Shown here in pieces: positions 1 to 12,523 of a stretch of DNA of 55,332 bases (within the stretch, counting starts at the first letter, position 1; each line of letters begins with the position of its first letter). The DNA comes from Chromera velia. Taxonomy: Eukaryota. Under the pieces are notes generated by a model. It did no database searches. It was not told where the DNA came from and worked only from the letters and a program-made list of their open reading frames with translations. The position numbers were made by a program, and so were the translations under genes. Where the stretch lies: the NCBI GenBank assembly GCA_018398765.1, contig JAHBMJ010000150.1, positions 1 through 55,332 of the forward strand, given 5' to 3'.

Positions 1-189
1 CCCCACACACACATATAATACATATACATGTACACACATTTAAATATACACATGCACGCTGAAACTCACGCCGACAAGAGAGGCATGTACGCAGGCGGTA
101 GAGCAGAACAGGCAGAGAAAAACCGAGGACCCAACCAACGCATCGAACTTGGTCTGTCTATCTATCGAAAAGACCCATGCAGCTAAGAG

Positions 190-1950
190 AACCAGGCAGG
201 ATACGAGTGGCCCCTCCCTACCGACCGCCTTCAGTTGCTCCCCCCCTTCGAGACCCACACACACGGCAATTTGTCTCGCCTGTCTCCAAACGGCAGCCAC
301 AGAACCGACGCCCCCCCCCTCTTCTCCAGTCTCCCCTCCGAGGCACACTGCCGCTCTTTCCAGCAACGGCCTCAGAACGTCCTTATCGAACAGGGACATG
401 CAACAGAGAGCCCAGGCGGCCGTCAAGGCATCCTCGGGGGGCCAGGCGCTGCCGCCGTGACTTCGCCGAATTTCCCTCAGAATGTCCTGCAGGCGTACGA
501 TTTCGCATATTTTCTGTTTGTGTGCTCGTGCTATTTTACAAATTCTCCCCATGTTGGCACACAAGAATGAGATCTTTTGCGTATCTGAATCTTGTGAAGC
601 AGATGCAAACATGGAGCTGCGTGATGGATTAGTTGCATGAGGGGACAATAGATTACCACAAAGAATCGACACTCAACTGCTTTCCCTGCATGGTTCTTAC
701 TTGCCCAGTTTTCCTTTTTGTGTAGGAACTAATAAATGCCAATCAATGAACACAAAGAGAACACCTCCTTCTTCAATTCCCCTTATACTCTCACTCCTCC
801 TCACCGAAAGAAAGGCCATGGGCAGTCTTTGACTGCTTGCCAGAGCAACCAGGACGTTGGCTATTTGTCCTGGGCGCATTGGGTCTGCAGCAGATGGCTC
901 GAGTCTCTCCGCGATCGCTGCGTCCAAACGTGATGCAAACGCAAAAGCTCCAAGGCCCTCGGTTGAAAGAGACAGAGAAGCAGGAGGGAAGATGTCACTC
1001 GAATCTGAAGAAGCCGGGTGGCCGTTCTTCGTTGTTTCCTCGGGGGCGATTGTGGGGATTTCTGAGCATCCAAGCGTACTCAGAGACAGCGCGATGGTCG
1101 CCAGCTGTGCCGATGAGCACTTCGAGAGTTGGGGCCTGAGGGCGGTGCAGATGAGAGAGACTGTCGCCTCCCGTCTGTACAGAAGATTCGAGAGACCCAA
1201 AAGGGCAAACACCAGCTCACGACGAGGTAGGGGAACGCCGTCTGATGGAGGAGCCTGTAACCTTTTTTCAATTTCCTGCATGCATGTATTCAAGCACACA
1301 CCCTTACACAAAGACCACACATACACAGACACACACACACACACACACTTGCACACACGGACACACAACGAGGGTGGCATAACGAACGCACAATAGGAAA
1401 AGGCCAAAGTAATATTAAAAGCCCCTGGACGCCCACAAAATTCAACTTGCGACTTTTATTGTCCACACTGATCCATTTCAAAAGAGAGATTGAGAGACGG
1501 CGTTTGCAGCACACGCTCACATGAGAACAAAATTCAATGAGTCTACTTCTTTCGCACCCCTCTCACCTCGCAGATTGCCTGGATAGATGACGACAGTCCT
1601 TCAGCAGCAGACCCCAGGGCAGAGAGGGCCAGAGGGAGATGGCAAAGATGTTCAAACTCGAGTTCGCCCACCGAGTCCACAACCAGATCGAGGACGCGGT
1701 CCCTCAGCATGGAGGGCCAAAACTGGACTCTCGCAAAAGAGACAATCAGTCTGTAGAGGTCTGCAGCCTCAAATGAGATCAGCTTGGCCTGCATCTTTCC
1801 GATCAGATCCGCAAATCGTTCGTCCGTCCAGAAGTCCGTCCGGCCTTCCGATATGGCGGCGTTGAAGACATTATTCACATACACGACATACTCCTTTGGG
1901 GACATGCCTGTCGCACTCCCGACAATCTTCAGAGTGTTCTCAAGGGACAT
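190..1950 (-). CDS. Multi-exon alpha-helical repeat protein (HPR/OPR/RAP-FASTK-like); 3' end probably outside the window
   Basis: ATG at 1950. Phase-0 exons 1567-1950, 805-1275 and one starting at 486, joined by GT-AG introns. Repeated helical motifs: FEAADLYRLIVSFARV, LEFEHLCHLPLALSAL, CSSAQLATIALSLSTLG, RPGQIANVLVALASS, PPEDALTAAWALCCMSLF. Family assignment is by motif resemblance only; lower boundary approximate. Confidence 0.6.
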
Positions 1951-2775
1951 CGGTGTGGAGCGCGTCGAGAAAGTTTGAGGGAATGGACAGCGGTGGAGGA
2001 GGAGACGGGGAGGTACTCGGCATCCCCTTTCAAGGAGACGGAGGGAGACGGATTGATTCAAAGAGCAGGGAAGCTTGAGACCGCGAATTGCTTTTTTCCA
2101 CATTGTGAGGACTCAATGCTACAAACAGGCAGGAGAGCAGCAGCTAGGAAAAGATTCAGGTCTGTTTAGTTTGCCAAATGCCACGCTCTGGTCTGCTGAA
2201 ACGTATGTGGAGGGCAAGACGTCACCACCTGAAAGTTGGTGACTCCAAAAGAGAGAAAGAGAATCCAGAGACCATCGGCAAGTCCGACTGTCCCCGAGTT
2301 CTATTGGTTTGAGATTGTCAAACTAATTTCCTCCCACCAAGCTTGTGCCAGGAATGCTGCCAGAGCAGTCGGAAGACGAGTTCGGGAATTTGACACATTG
2401 CATGAGTCCGTCTCCCCTTGCAATCGTTCCGTCTCCAAGATGCATCCGCGGTTATCGCGCACCGGCCGTCTCCCCGTCTCCTCACAGGTCAGCTGGCTCT
2501 TGTTCTCCCGCTTCGGTATTTTCTTGATGCATTCTTTTGCACACTTGATGGGACACGTACAATCCAGCAGGGTCTTTGAAAGGCGCGAAACGATGGGAAT
2601 TGTCGCTTTCGCAGGGCGAATCGATTCAGGGAGCTCCTGCTGAAAGTCCGCCAAAAGATACTCTGCACGAGACGGCAAACTTTTGTCTCCTGATCTCCAT
2701 GACGAAGATGGGTGCCTGCGTTCTTTGAGAGTGCATTACCAAGTGAGAGGCCAATACGAGAGATTCATTGTCGCG

Positions 2776-4057
2776 ATGGGGTGCGTCTTGAGGCTCACTT
2801 TCCACATAGGTCCGTCTGCCCAAAAGACTACTTCATTCTTTTCATGTCTCCCGAAAGTTTTCCACAGTTCCACTGAAAAGATGATGTTGAATGTGCACAC
2901 ATCCGCCTGCAGAGTATTTGACCTACTCGAGCTTCGATCCTCCAGACGGAGACACTCGACTGAATGAAACTCTGACGTCCTTTCCTGCCGGGAGCTTTCC
3001 AGGTAAGTGATCTTCAGGGGAGACGGGTCGAGACAAAAAGAGACGGCAGTAGGTAGAGACGGATTCCGTTTTAAGAATTATGTTTATGACTTCCTCCACC
3101 CGTAATGTCCGCAGATTCGGTCTCTGCAACAGCGCTTGAGACTCTCCCGATGCCCCCCGTCCTTGCACTGGACCTTCTGTCTGTGCCAGTTGAGAGAAGG
3201 ATTCTAGAGGACCTCAACACGGGAAGAGAAAACGAGAGAAACTGCACGCAACCCCAGGACGGCACACAGACACCGAGAGCGAGGATCCACACAGGCACAG
3301 TGGAAGTCCGCATCTCCTGGAGGTTCATCAAGGGCAGTGCGGCCACGGGACTTCTCCGGGCCCTGTGCACACACACCTCCCCCATGGGGTTTTTTCGGCA
3401 GCCCGCTTCCCCCCTCCGCCCGCCTTCCCGTTCAACTTCCCCAAGCTCCAGACTCCAGTGGATCGCTGCCCGGATGTCCCCAACCACACCAGTATTCTTC
3501 GAATGCGCTGACAGAAAGACAACAGGAATGCACAAGCACGAGACTCTGTTTCCGCTTCCAGCAGCCCTGCAGGCAGTAGAAGGACAGAGGAGCAAAGCAC
3601 AAAACACCGAAGGCGGAGGGGAGCTCCTAGAGGCACTCTCTGACGAGGAAGGTGGAGAGAAGGGGGACGACACGACCACAGAGGCTTGGACGAAGGCTGA
3701 ATCAGACTTCATCGGAGACTTCGGACGGATGCGCTGTCTGCTTCGGGACTTTCTCGACTGCCCCGATGGTGCTGCTGCTGCTGAGGATGATGGTTGTGGT
3801 GGATGTGAGAGGCTTGGACCAAGGGTCAGTCAGGGAGTGAGTGAGTGAGTCAGAGTGAATTCGTGGGGCGGGATTTACTTTGGCCAAGAGGGTCGTTTTT
3901 TTCTTTTTCTCTCCTTTTCTGTCTTCTCAGTCACGTTCACGCGGTTCTTCCACTGTTCGCACGCGAAGATAAATGCATTAATGAGTTTTGCAACGGAGAG
4001 AGAGAAAGGAGAGAGGAAAAAGAAAGGAAGGAAGAAGAAAAGAAGAAGAAAAAAAAA

Positions 4058-4092
<35 letters not shown>

Positions 4093-7000
4093 GACCAAGC
4101 AAAAAAGGGACCAAGCAAAGAAAGGACCAAGCTCATCTCTTCAGCTTCCTCTCCCCATCCTCTTGCGTCCAGCAGCTCCCTCAGCGGTCATGTGCCAAAG
4201 AAGTACCCATTTCTTGCTTGCCGCTCTTCCTTCTTCAAGATTCGTGGTGAGTCAAGCAAGTTGCTTAGTTCTCTTTGGGGGGCCTTGCTGTCTGCAGGTG
4301 GAGGCTGAAGCTTTCAAGGGACGTGGCGGAATGCCACCGTCTCACAGGGAGTCGACAGGAGGTCAACATAAGTTCCGACCTAGCAGCATGGTTGTGGACT
4401 GCATGGGCAGTGGTGAGTGGACAGACAGGCAGGCAGGCAGCTGTGCACTCACAGGCAGAAGGGACGAGAATGGACAAGGGGGGGAAGACAGGGAGAGAGA
4501 GAGGGGAAGAGGAAAGAACCGGAAACAAAGACAGGCGAAGTGAAGGGACAGTGTGGGTAAGCAGAGAAAGGCAGTTGAGGTAGAAAGAATCCCCTGTCGT
4601 CCTTTCTGCTAACAGACACCGTGTGGACGAAAAAAGTAAGGAAGGATATAAGAAAGAAATTCGACCAGCACAGTCCTGCTCGGAAGACCTCATCACTTCC
4701 TCAGTACTTTACTCTCTTTCATGTTCCTTCTCTCTCTGTTTGACACACTGCGTCGTCCCTTCTCCGATCGAGGCCCTCTGTCTTTTATGCGATCCAAATG
4801 CTTTTGTACGTTGTTGAATCACTTGCATTAACTGCTTTTTGAACTTCCTGGTGCGGGTGTGCATGCAGCGACTGCACTGGAGAGAGCCAAGGCCTTGGTG
4901 GAGGAGGAAATGAGAGGGCGTCGTGGACGAGAGAGTGACTGTGTATGGGTGTCCCCGGAAAGATTCTTTCAGTTTCCTTCGAAGACGGCCAAAAAATGGA
5001 CCGACGCAGAGAAGGGATGGGGTCCGTTTGCTCTTCTCTCTTTTTGTCCCTGCGTGTTTGTCTTAAAAAAACTTTTTGTCCGTGCGTTGAAATTTTGTCA
5101 CTTTGCTTTCTTCTACTTGCATTGCTGTCTCTTGAATGTTCTCCGCTTCATTCCTTCTTCATCCACCTTCCTGCTGCACTCCTAACTGTCCATTCCTCTC
5201 GCCTTCTGCCATTTTTGTTTCTTAGGACTGTAATTGCATTTTCTATTTGAAAGGACTTCTTGCCTTGTGTCGCCATCTCCTTGTGATCAGTTTGTTGACG
5301 TCTCTCTTTTCCCTTCTCTTACTTCATGAGCCTCTGCAGAGAGGGCAGCACTCTTCGGTGAGAGCCTGCGGAGTGCCCTGGCCCCCCTTCGGTGCTGTTG
5401 GGGGGGCTCAGATGGATCGGTCTCTGTGATGACGACACAGAGGAGTTGTGTGTGGGTGCCTCGAGTGGTCGTTCTCGATCGCCCCCTTTTTCTCCTCGAG
5501 GGTGTAGCACTCGGAGGGGTGGGGGGAGGGGTGGGAGAGGGAGTGGGAGATGGGGGAGTGCACCCGCTTCTCGCAGGTGGTGAGGCTGAGGGAGGCACCT
5601 CTCGGAGACGTGGAAAGAAGGAAGGAACCTTTTCGAGTTCTGGTGGTGCAGGAGGAAGATCGGAGGCCTCGATGATCCTTGAGACGGTGGTTGGAGTTTT
5701 GAGACAGGAACTTTTAGTGGACACTCCGGTGGACTTGGGGGGGGATCCGGTTGGGCCGCCTTCTTTCGTCGTGGTGTTGTGTCTCCAGAGACCACCAGAC
5801 GCTTTCTGTCAGTGTCTTGATTTGTTTTTCCCTTGGTGTCCCCCTCTATCGTTCGGCACACAAATGAGTGCCTTCCTTCTCCTCCTGTTGTTTGGCTTCC
5901 ATTTTCTGAATTGTATTGAATTAGGTTTTTTGAAAGGAAGGAAGGAAGGAAGCTTCGTGAATATGTTATGTGGCTAGTATGCTTTGTTTTCTTGAACGGG
6001 GTCTTCTTGCGAGAGAAAAAGGGTTTTTTTTTCTGGTCATTCGAGTATCTGTCTCTCTTCTCTGCCTCCCTTGATTTGCCCCTGCAGTGTCAGCGTTCGA
6101 CGTGTACTTCCAGGTCCTTTCCCCTTCGTCCGACAAACAGGGAGAGACGGCATACCTGTGTGAGGATCCGATGCAGGCAGTTGTGAGGGACATTGAGAGG
6201 GATTCAAGAGAAGTCAAGGGAAGATGGAGGGGGGTGATGGAAGAAGTCAGCGCCTTCCTTGAGGGGGCCGGTAAGGGGAGCACAAAACGATCCAGGGATG
6301 CGGTGAACGCAAAGATGGAAGGAGGCCCAAGCATTGTGTGGAGAATGACTGGACCGGTGAGTGGATTTGCTCCGTTTGGGATTTTGTTGGCTGCCGTCCG
6401 GGTCGGCAATTCGACACCTGTCTCTGCCCCTGTCGGTGTCCTTTTGCGTTCCTGTAAGATCCACACATTCTTGAATTTCTGTCTGTGCCGCTCGCTCGAT
6501 GCGGCTGCAAAGGTGAAAATAAAGAATACGGGAAAAAATGAAAAGAAGGCATTCAGGTTTTTCGGGTGTCTGCCGTCCTTTCTGCTTGCCTGCTTGTGCG
6601 TTCTCTGCAGGATACACGGAAGGAACTTGTTTCACTGTTTGGAATGCCCTACGGTCAGTCTTGAAGACTGTCTGTGTCGTCATTCGGAGGCAGAAAAACA
6701 GAAAATCTCTTTTGAACGAACGAGTGCTGCAGTGAGTGGTCTCATATGAACTCAGTCAGCCGTTCCTGACTAGACTTAAGGACCCGGTTCTCCCCGTCAG
6801 CTAGGACGTGCTTTTCCCAGCAACCCTTCGCGTGTCGCTTGCACCCCCTCTGCCACCCGCTTCGGACGCACGCAAGTCGTCCTCTTGTGTCATCTATTCT
6901 CTCCCCACTGAATGTCTGTGCGTGCGTATATGTAATCCTCTCTCTACGCACCTCTCGTTCCTCTACTCTTATGCATACCTCCTCCTCTCCTATCCTTTCC

Positions 7001-7423
7001 TTTTCTCCTTCCCGCAGTGATGGGGGAAAGGGAGGAGGATCAGGGTCATCCGCAAGTCTCCAGTCGGCAAGCAAGGAGAGGGAAAGGCAGACGGAGGTGG
7101 ACAGCAGACTCGCAGTGCATCTTTCTGGAAGGTCCTTCTGGGAGTGGCAAGACCACCCTTCTCAGGTCTGTCTGTCGGGCTTTTCTCCTCTCTCTGATCT
7201 CATGCAAGTGCTCTCTTTCAATCTCTCTCACCAATGAGGACCCGGGGGGATATCTGCAAGACCCCAGATGCATGTGATAGATCAGAGAGAAACTGCATGG
7301 TAGCAGAGCAGAAGAAACATGAAGGTTGCCGTCCTTCTCTCTCTCTCTCTCTCTCTTTGTGTGTGTGTGTATGTATGTGTGTGTGTCGGTGTGAGTGAGT
7401 GAGTGAGTGAGTGTGTGTGTGTG

Positions 7424-7454
<31 letters not shown>

Positions 7455-10091
7455 GTCTTTGTCCATCTTTCTGTCTGTCTGTCTGTCTGTCTGTATGTAT
7501 GTATGTATGTGTGTTTGATTTCTTTTCTTGTTTGGTTGTGTATTCGAAAGAAGAAAAGAAAGAAAAAAAGAAGTCATGAAGTCTGTCTGCTTCCTCTGCA
7601 CTCTCAGGGCTCTCCCGTCTCTTTTCCCGGACGTGACCTTCCTTCCACTTTCTTCTACGGAAGTTGTCACAGCGGCTGTTGGGGCTTCTCAGGTACGATA
7701 AACTTTTTCTTTTTCGATTCAAGCTCAGGACGTGTTTGCTCTTCTGGTCTTGGGCTCTCTGTTTCTTCTTTTTCATTGAATGGGTTGCAGAAATCTGTTC
7801 TAATCAGGCTTTGTCTGCCGGGATCGAGCAGAGAAGGGATTTCAGAGGAAATCTTTTTACAAATCTCTTGCTTGAGAGAAGGAGTTTTTAGCTTTTCCCT
7901 TTGTAGAAAAGATTTGTGTCTCTGGCGGCTCCTTTTGAACCTCGATACCATTCGCTGGAGTCCGGACTTTCTACACACATACGCAGGAGAACCTGAGAGC
8001 CGCCTTTCTCCGAGCAGAGGCCGCTCGTCGTCCTGTCGCTCTGCTGGTGGATGATGTCGAGACCTTGACGGGATTGGAGGGGGAGGGGCAGGGGGGAGGA
8101 GGGACAATGCAGAGGGTCGGTCAGTGGAGTCGGGTGTGTGGGGGCATGTGGTAGATGGGGTCTAGGAGAAGTGAAAAACAAAGAAGGGCAGTGGGCTTTA
8201 TGACGAGGAATCGAGGACGTTCAAATACACTTCTTGAGTGGCTGCTGGTCAGAACAGATCGCTCGGCCGCTTCACCGGGAGCATTGCTTCTATTGTGCGA
8301 TTTTGTGTGCCAATTACAGCAAATGAGCCGAACGTTTTTCAGGCTGATGCTTTGGATTCCACATCACTGCTGCCTGCATGTGCAAGAAGAAGAAATTGAC
8401 AGCTGCAGCTCTGCCGGGAGAAGGCAATGTTGTTATCGAAAACGCGCGTCGATCTCTTGAATGAATCTTTTCCTTCCCATGTTATTTCTCTTTGTTCGCT
8501 GGTGTCTCAATCTGTCCGTTGTTCTTACTTTTTTATCGAATGTGCAGGTACTCGCAGAGCTGTCCCGCACACTGGCCGGTCTCCTTGACGCGTTTGTTCT
8601 GTCCGATTCTTCCGGAGAGGGGGAGAGGGAGATCGGGGGGCACTGCGAGGCAAAGAGTGAGAAAGGAGAGGAGGAAGAAGGAGAGGAATGGCACAACGAA
8701 AGTGAATGGGCTGGCAGAAATACGGAAGCAGAGAAATTCGACGACACAGATGAGAGGGAATCCGGACCTTTTTTCTTTGTGTGCTCCTCTCGGTCAGTCT
8801 CTTTCTCTTTCTAGGACATCAACGATTCGGTCGTGTGGTCTGACTGGGGCCTGCTGAGGCTTGAACTGATTGAGCCACCGCCGAATGTTGGGTTGGATGG
8901 GTGAAGGTGCTGAGCTCGTGTTTCATTTTTGTTTTTCTGTAGTTTTCCCGGGAAGGAGTCATTTCAGCACCCCGCTTCTCGGTCTGAAAGGGTCAACCAA
9001 TCCGTCTTTCCTCTCACCATCAACCTGTTCTGGTACGTGCTTGCTTGATTGTCTGCGCATATTTACCCACGCGTTCTGTATTTGTGTGGGGCATGACTCT
9101 CCTCAATTCCTCCCTCCCTCCCTCTGTGTCCTCTCTCCTCACCTCTATGGTCTCTCCTTGCAACGCAACGAACAAACGAAGCAGGGCGCCCCTCTTGAGC
9201 CTTCCTGCGTCGCTGAGGACCCGCATCAGCAGGAGGGTAGTGCTCTCCCCTCCCACAGGAAGGAGACTCAGAGCAGGAGAAGAGAAGGGACTCAAGTGGG
9301 AAACCTGGGAGCCCGTGGTGGCCCTGAGGGAGGTAGAAAGGGCCTTGCGAGGGGATGGAGATGGTGATCCGGAGACTGGGGAAGAAGGAGAAGGAGAAAG
9401 GGAGGGCGTGATGGTAGATAGAGAACAACAACTCGCTCAGAGCGCACACGGCGAGTCCGAAGCGTCTGGAGGAAAGAGGAAAAGCGAGGAGATAGAGGGG
9501 GGCGTGGAGGAACTTTGGGGACTCCTCGACGAGTGCACTCTCTGTGATCTGGTGCTCTTGTGGCAAGAGGTCATTCCTCCTTCCTTCCTTCCCTGTGATC
9601 CTCTCTAGCTGTCTCTCCGTCTGTTCGATCCTTTGCATTCATCCTCATGAGCTTCACTTCATACCCAGCCAATCTTGGTCTGTCTTCCTGTCTTCCTCCC
9701 TCTATCCCCGACTTCCCATTCGACACTTGTCTCTCGCCGTGTGAGTGTGGAAGTATGTACAATGCCGTCTCGTTCTTGTCCCCCCTTCTTTGTTTAAACC
9801 CTGCAAGCCTCAACGACTCTGCCTGTAAGTTTATCGCGACATATTCGTTTTTGAACGCCTTCTCTGTCAATTTGCCTGCTTATGTGTGTCTCCTCCCGTC
9901 TCACAACGCAGGGAAAGATTCAGCAATCGCGAAGGAGCGGACTCATCACAGAGGTACTAGAGGGACAAGACAAGGCGACCAGTCAGACCGGTGCTCAAAA
10001 GGCCGCATCTAATGGAAACAAAAACAGGCTTCAGATGAGTGCAAACGACGTTGTGAATGCTGCAAAAGAAATCGGCATTCTTGACAACTAG
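2776..10091 (+). CDS. Multi-exon type II (double) AAA+ ATPase-like protein, CDC48/AFG2(SPATA5)-related, degenerate
   Basis: Walker A GPSGSGKT at 7131-7154. Exon 7608-7692 (RALPSLFPDVTFLPLSSTEVVTAAVGASQ) splices to the exon starting 7987 (ENLRAAFLRAEAARRPVALLVDDVETL, Walker B). Followed by VLAELSRTLAGLLD, SRH-like LSLPASLRTRISRRVVLSPP, CTLCDLVLLWQE and a last exon ending EIGILDN-TAG at 10091. Start codon and some 5' exons uncertain. Confidence 0.75.
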
Positions 10092-10717
10092 ACGTAAGAA
10101 GAAAGGACCTATTCCGAATGAAATGAGTCACACAACAGCTCGTATGAATGTGCTGGTGTACATATAATATTAAAGTAAATGTTATTGGATATAAAAAAAT
10201 CAGTATACACCAGCACGCATTAGCATGCATCTATGTATGTTAAGGTATGTATTTTAATAATATGAACATTATGAATTAAAGTTCAAAGTTTTACTTAGAC
10301 TGTAACTTAGTTTTACTTCAACACCCCCAAACAGTATATTTTATACGGTTTTTTTAATTCAATAAAAAAAATATTATCATTGATTTCTAGATTAATTTAA
10401 TTATCTAGTCATTGATTCATCAATAATTCTTGATCATCATCATACGTTACGAGTAGATCATACGCCAATATGGGGAACTGTTGAATAGTTATAAATGTTA
10501 ATTCTGAGTCATCTTACTTAAGTTAACTTAAATTTGGACGTTTGCTGTATACGCACAGCATCTTCACGAAGGTAATCTGAACTGAATCAAACCGTTGGAG
10601 GTCTGTCTTTTTTTTTTTTTAAGAATAAAACATATTCAATGCACTAACAATAGCTTTTACAAAAACTTCAAGAAAGTCATTTAAAAACCTGGGTTACGAT
10701 AGACAACGTTCAACTTA

Positions 10718-12496
10718 ATGCCAGTGATGTATAGTCAGGTGAAGGCTCGGGTAAATGGGGTAACAGAATGCTTTCTAGAAGGCGGAGGAGTAAAACAAGG
10801 CGATCCTCTCTCTCCTCTCCTCTTTCTTCTTTTCATCAACAATCTGTATGAGTCTGTTAGCTTCGATAATGAAAACAGGAATCAAAGTTCAGCTGGGGGT
10901 GTAGATAGAGAGATTCCTGTCAGACTGTCTGACGTTTTAATCGAAAGCATCGGATATGCTGACGACCTTGTTCTATTTGCTCACAGTGCTTCAGACTTGC
11001 AGAAATACCTGTCCCGCCTCGAGGACTATTGTAAGGAACACGGCCTGAAGGTGAATTTAAAGAAGACAAAAGTTATGCCTCTTCCCCCCTCCCACCCCGA
11101 CCTTATGCCCTGGACCCCTTTTCTTTATGAAGGCAGATCAGTAAAAGCGGTGAGTAAATATAAGTATTTGAGCAACTGGGTTTTTGAGGGCGGAGACCTT
11201 AGTAAGACAGTCGAAGCCCGCATTGAGACGGCAGAGAAGACATTGGGGACTGTATCTAGGACTGTGTTTAGTACTTTCTCTTCTCTGGGCTTTATTTTTC
11301 CCTTTTCTAAAATTACTTTGTTCAAGGCCCTCTAGCTGGCTGCCAGTCACGCTGTATGAACTGGAAACGATCCCGCTGAGAAAAACAGATGTTGCCTACC
11401 TCAATGCATTACAGTTATATTTTGTTCGATATTGTTTTGGTCTCTCCCATCACTCCTTTGTTTCGCGTTCCCTTCTCTCTCCGAGTCTCTCTCTTAAACC
11501 ATTCAGTTTTTTGCTTGGTAAGTTGATTGAGCGCTTCATCCAATGCATTAAATCGATTGACCGTCCAGGCAGTGTGGAATGAGTGCTTGGCTGGCTTATG
11601 TAAACCCTTCGTTAAGATAGTAAAATGGCTGGCCGTTCTATTAGATTGCTCTTTTTCATGGCCTCCATTGCCAAACACGGTCGGGGACAAGTTTAAAAGA
11701 AAAGGCAAAGGTAGAAGGAAAAGAGCGGTGAGAAAGATCGTAGAGGGTGCCTGGCTGTCTGACTGGTTAAAAGAGAAAACTAGAAACGTTAGAGACAGAG
11801 ACAAAATTTTTCTCCGCCTTGTAAATCTCTCTTTTTTCCAATCAGAGAATCCAACCAGACAGCGTTTGGCTATGCACCTTCTGAGTGAAAGGAAATGGCG
11901 TCCGAGAAGTAAAATGATAGAGTGTAGTATTGAACCTCTGCTAAAGAGTCTGTTGCAGTCCTCCGCAGGCTTCCGTACGCTTTTCGGGGCTCTCACAGGG
12001 GGGAATATAGATAGAACCCAACTGGAACAGCTGTGTGATAAGTGTTTGTCCCCCTTACGTGTGATCAAAGATGAGGTTCATGTCCTGACAGAATATGTAA
12101 AGACACAGAAAGGGAACGAAACAGGCTGAAAGTACTCTACGAAATTGTAACACAGAAGGCGCCCATTAACATAAGAATACAGATCGCACAACGTGTTGCA
12201 GGTGTAACCAGGAGGGGCACTTCTGATAATGAGAAGAAAATGAAGGAAATGGTGCATGTTGCTATTGTGTATAATCCTGCCTAGAAGCGGTTCTAAAGCG
12301 CTAGCCGAGTGTTTCAGGAAGGTTCATTATGTTGATCATGCAAGTTGAGGTGAATCGATCCGATTGGCATGCAGGCTTCCTCATCCCCCCCCCCCCCATG
12401 AATGTGTGCTCTGGGTTGTCCTCAAAGCCTTGCTAGTGGCTTGGGATTTGGCGTCACTAAATCTAGGATTTAACCCTCAATCATCATCATCATCAA
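10718..12496 (+). mobile_element. 5'-truncated non-LTR retrotransposon (LINE, RTE/RTEX-like), RT pseudogene
   Basis: RT motifs GVKQGDPLSPLLFLLFI, YADDLVL, GLKVNLKKTKVM, YKYL. Frameshifts near 11335 and 11575. C-terminal CDKC...KDEVHVLTE zinc-knuckle remnant. 3' UTR ends in CCCTCAA(TCA)n at 12474-12496. Confidence 0.9.
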
Positions 12497-12523
12497 TTAA
12501 CTAACAAGTTAGTAGTAACCTAG

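Noticed and set aside
3845..4543. K/E/R-rich ORFs
   Set aside because: Mostly intronic (GAAA)n repeat of the AAA gene; only about 4299-4412 looks exonic.
7673..7692. 20-nt micro-exon in the AAA gene
   Set aside because: The upstream acceptor at 7607 gives an 85-nt exon that restores frame and AAA homology.
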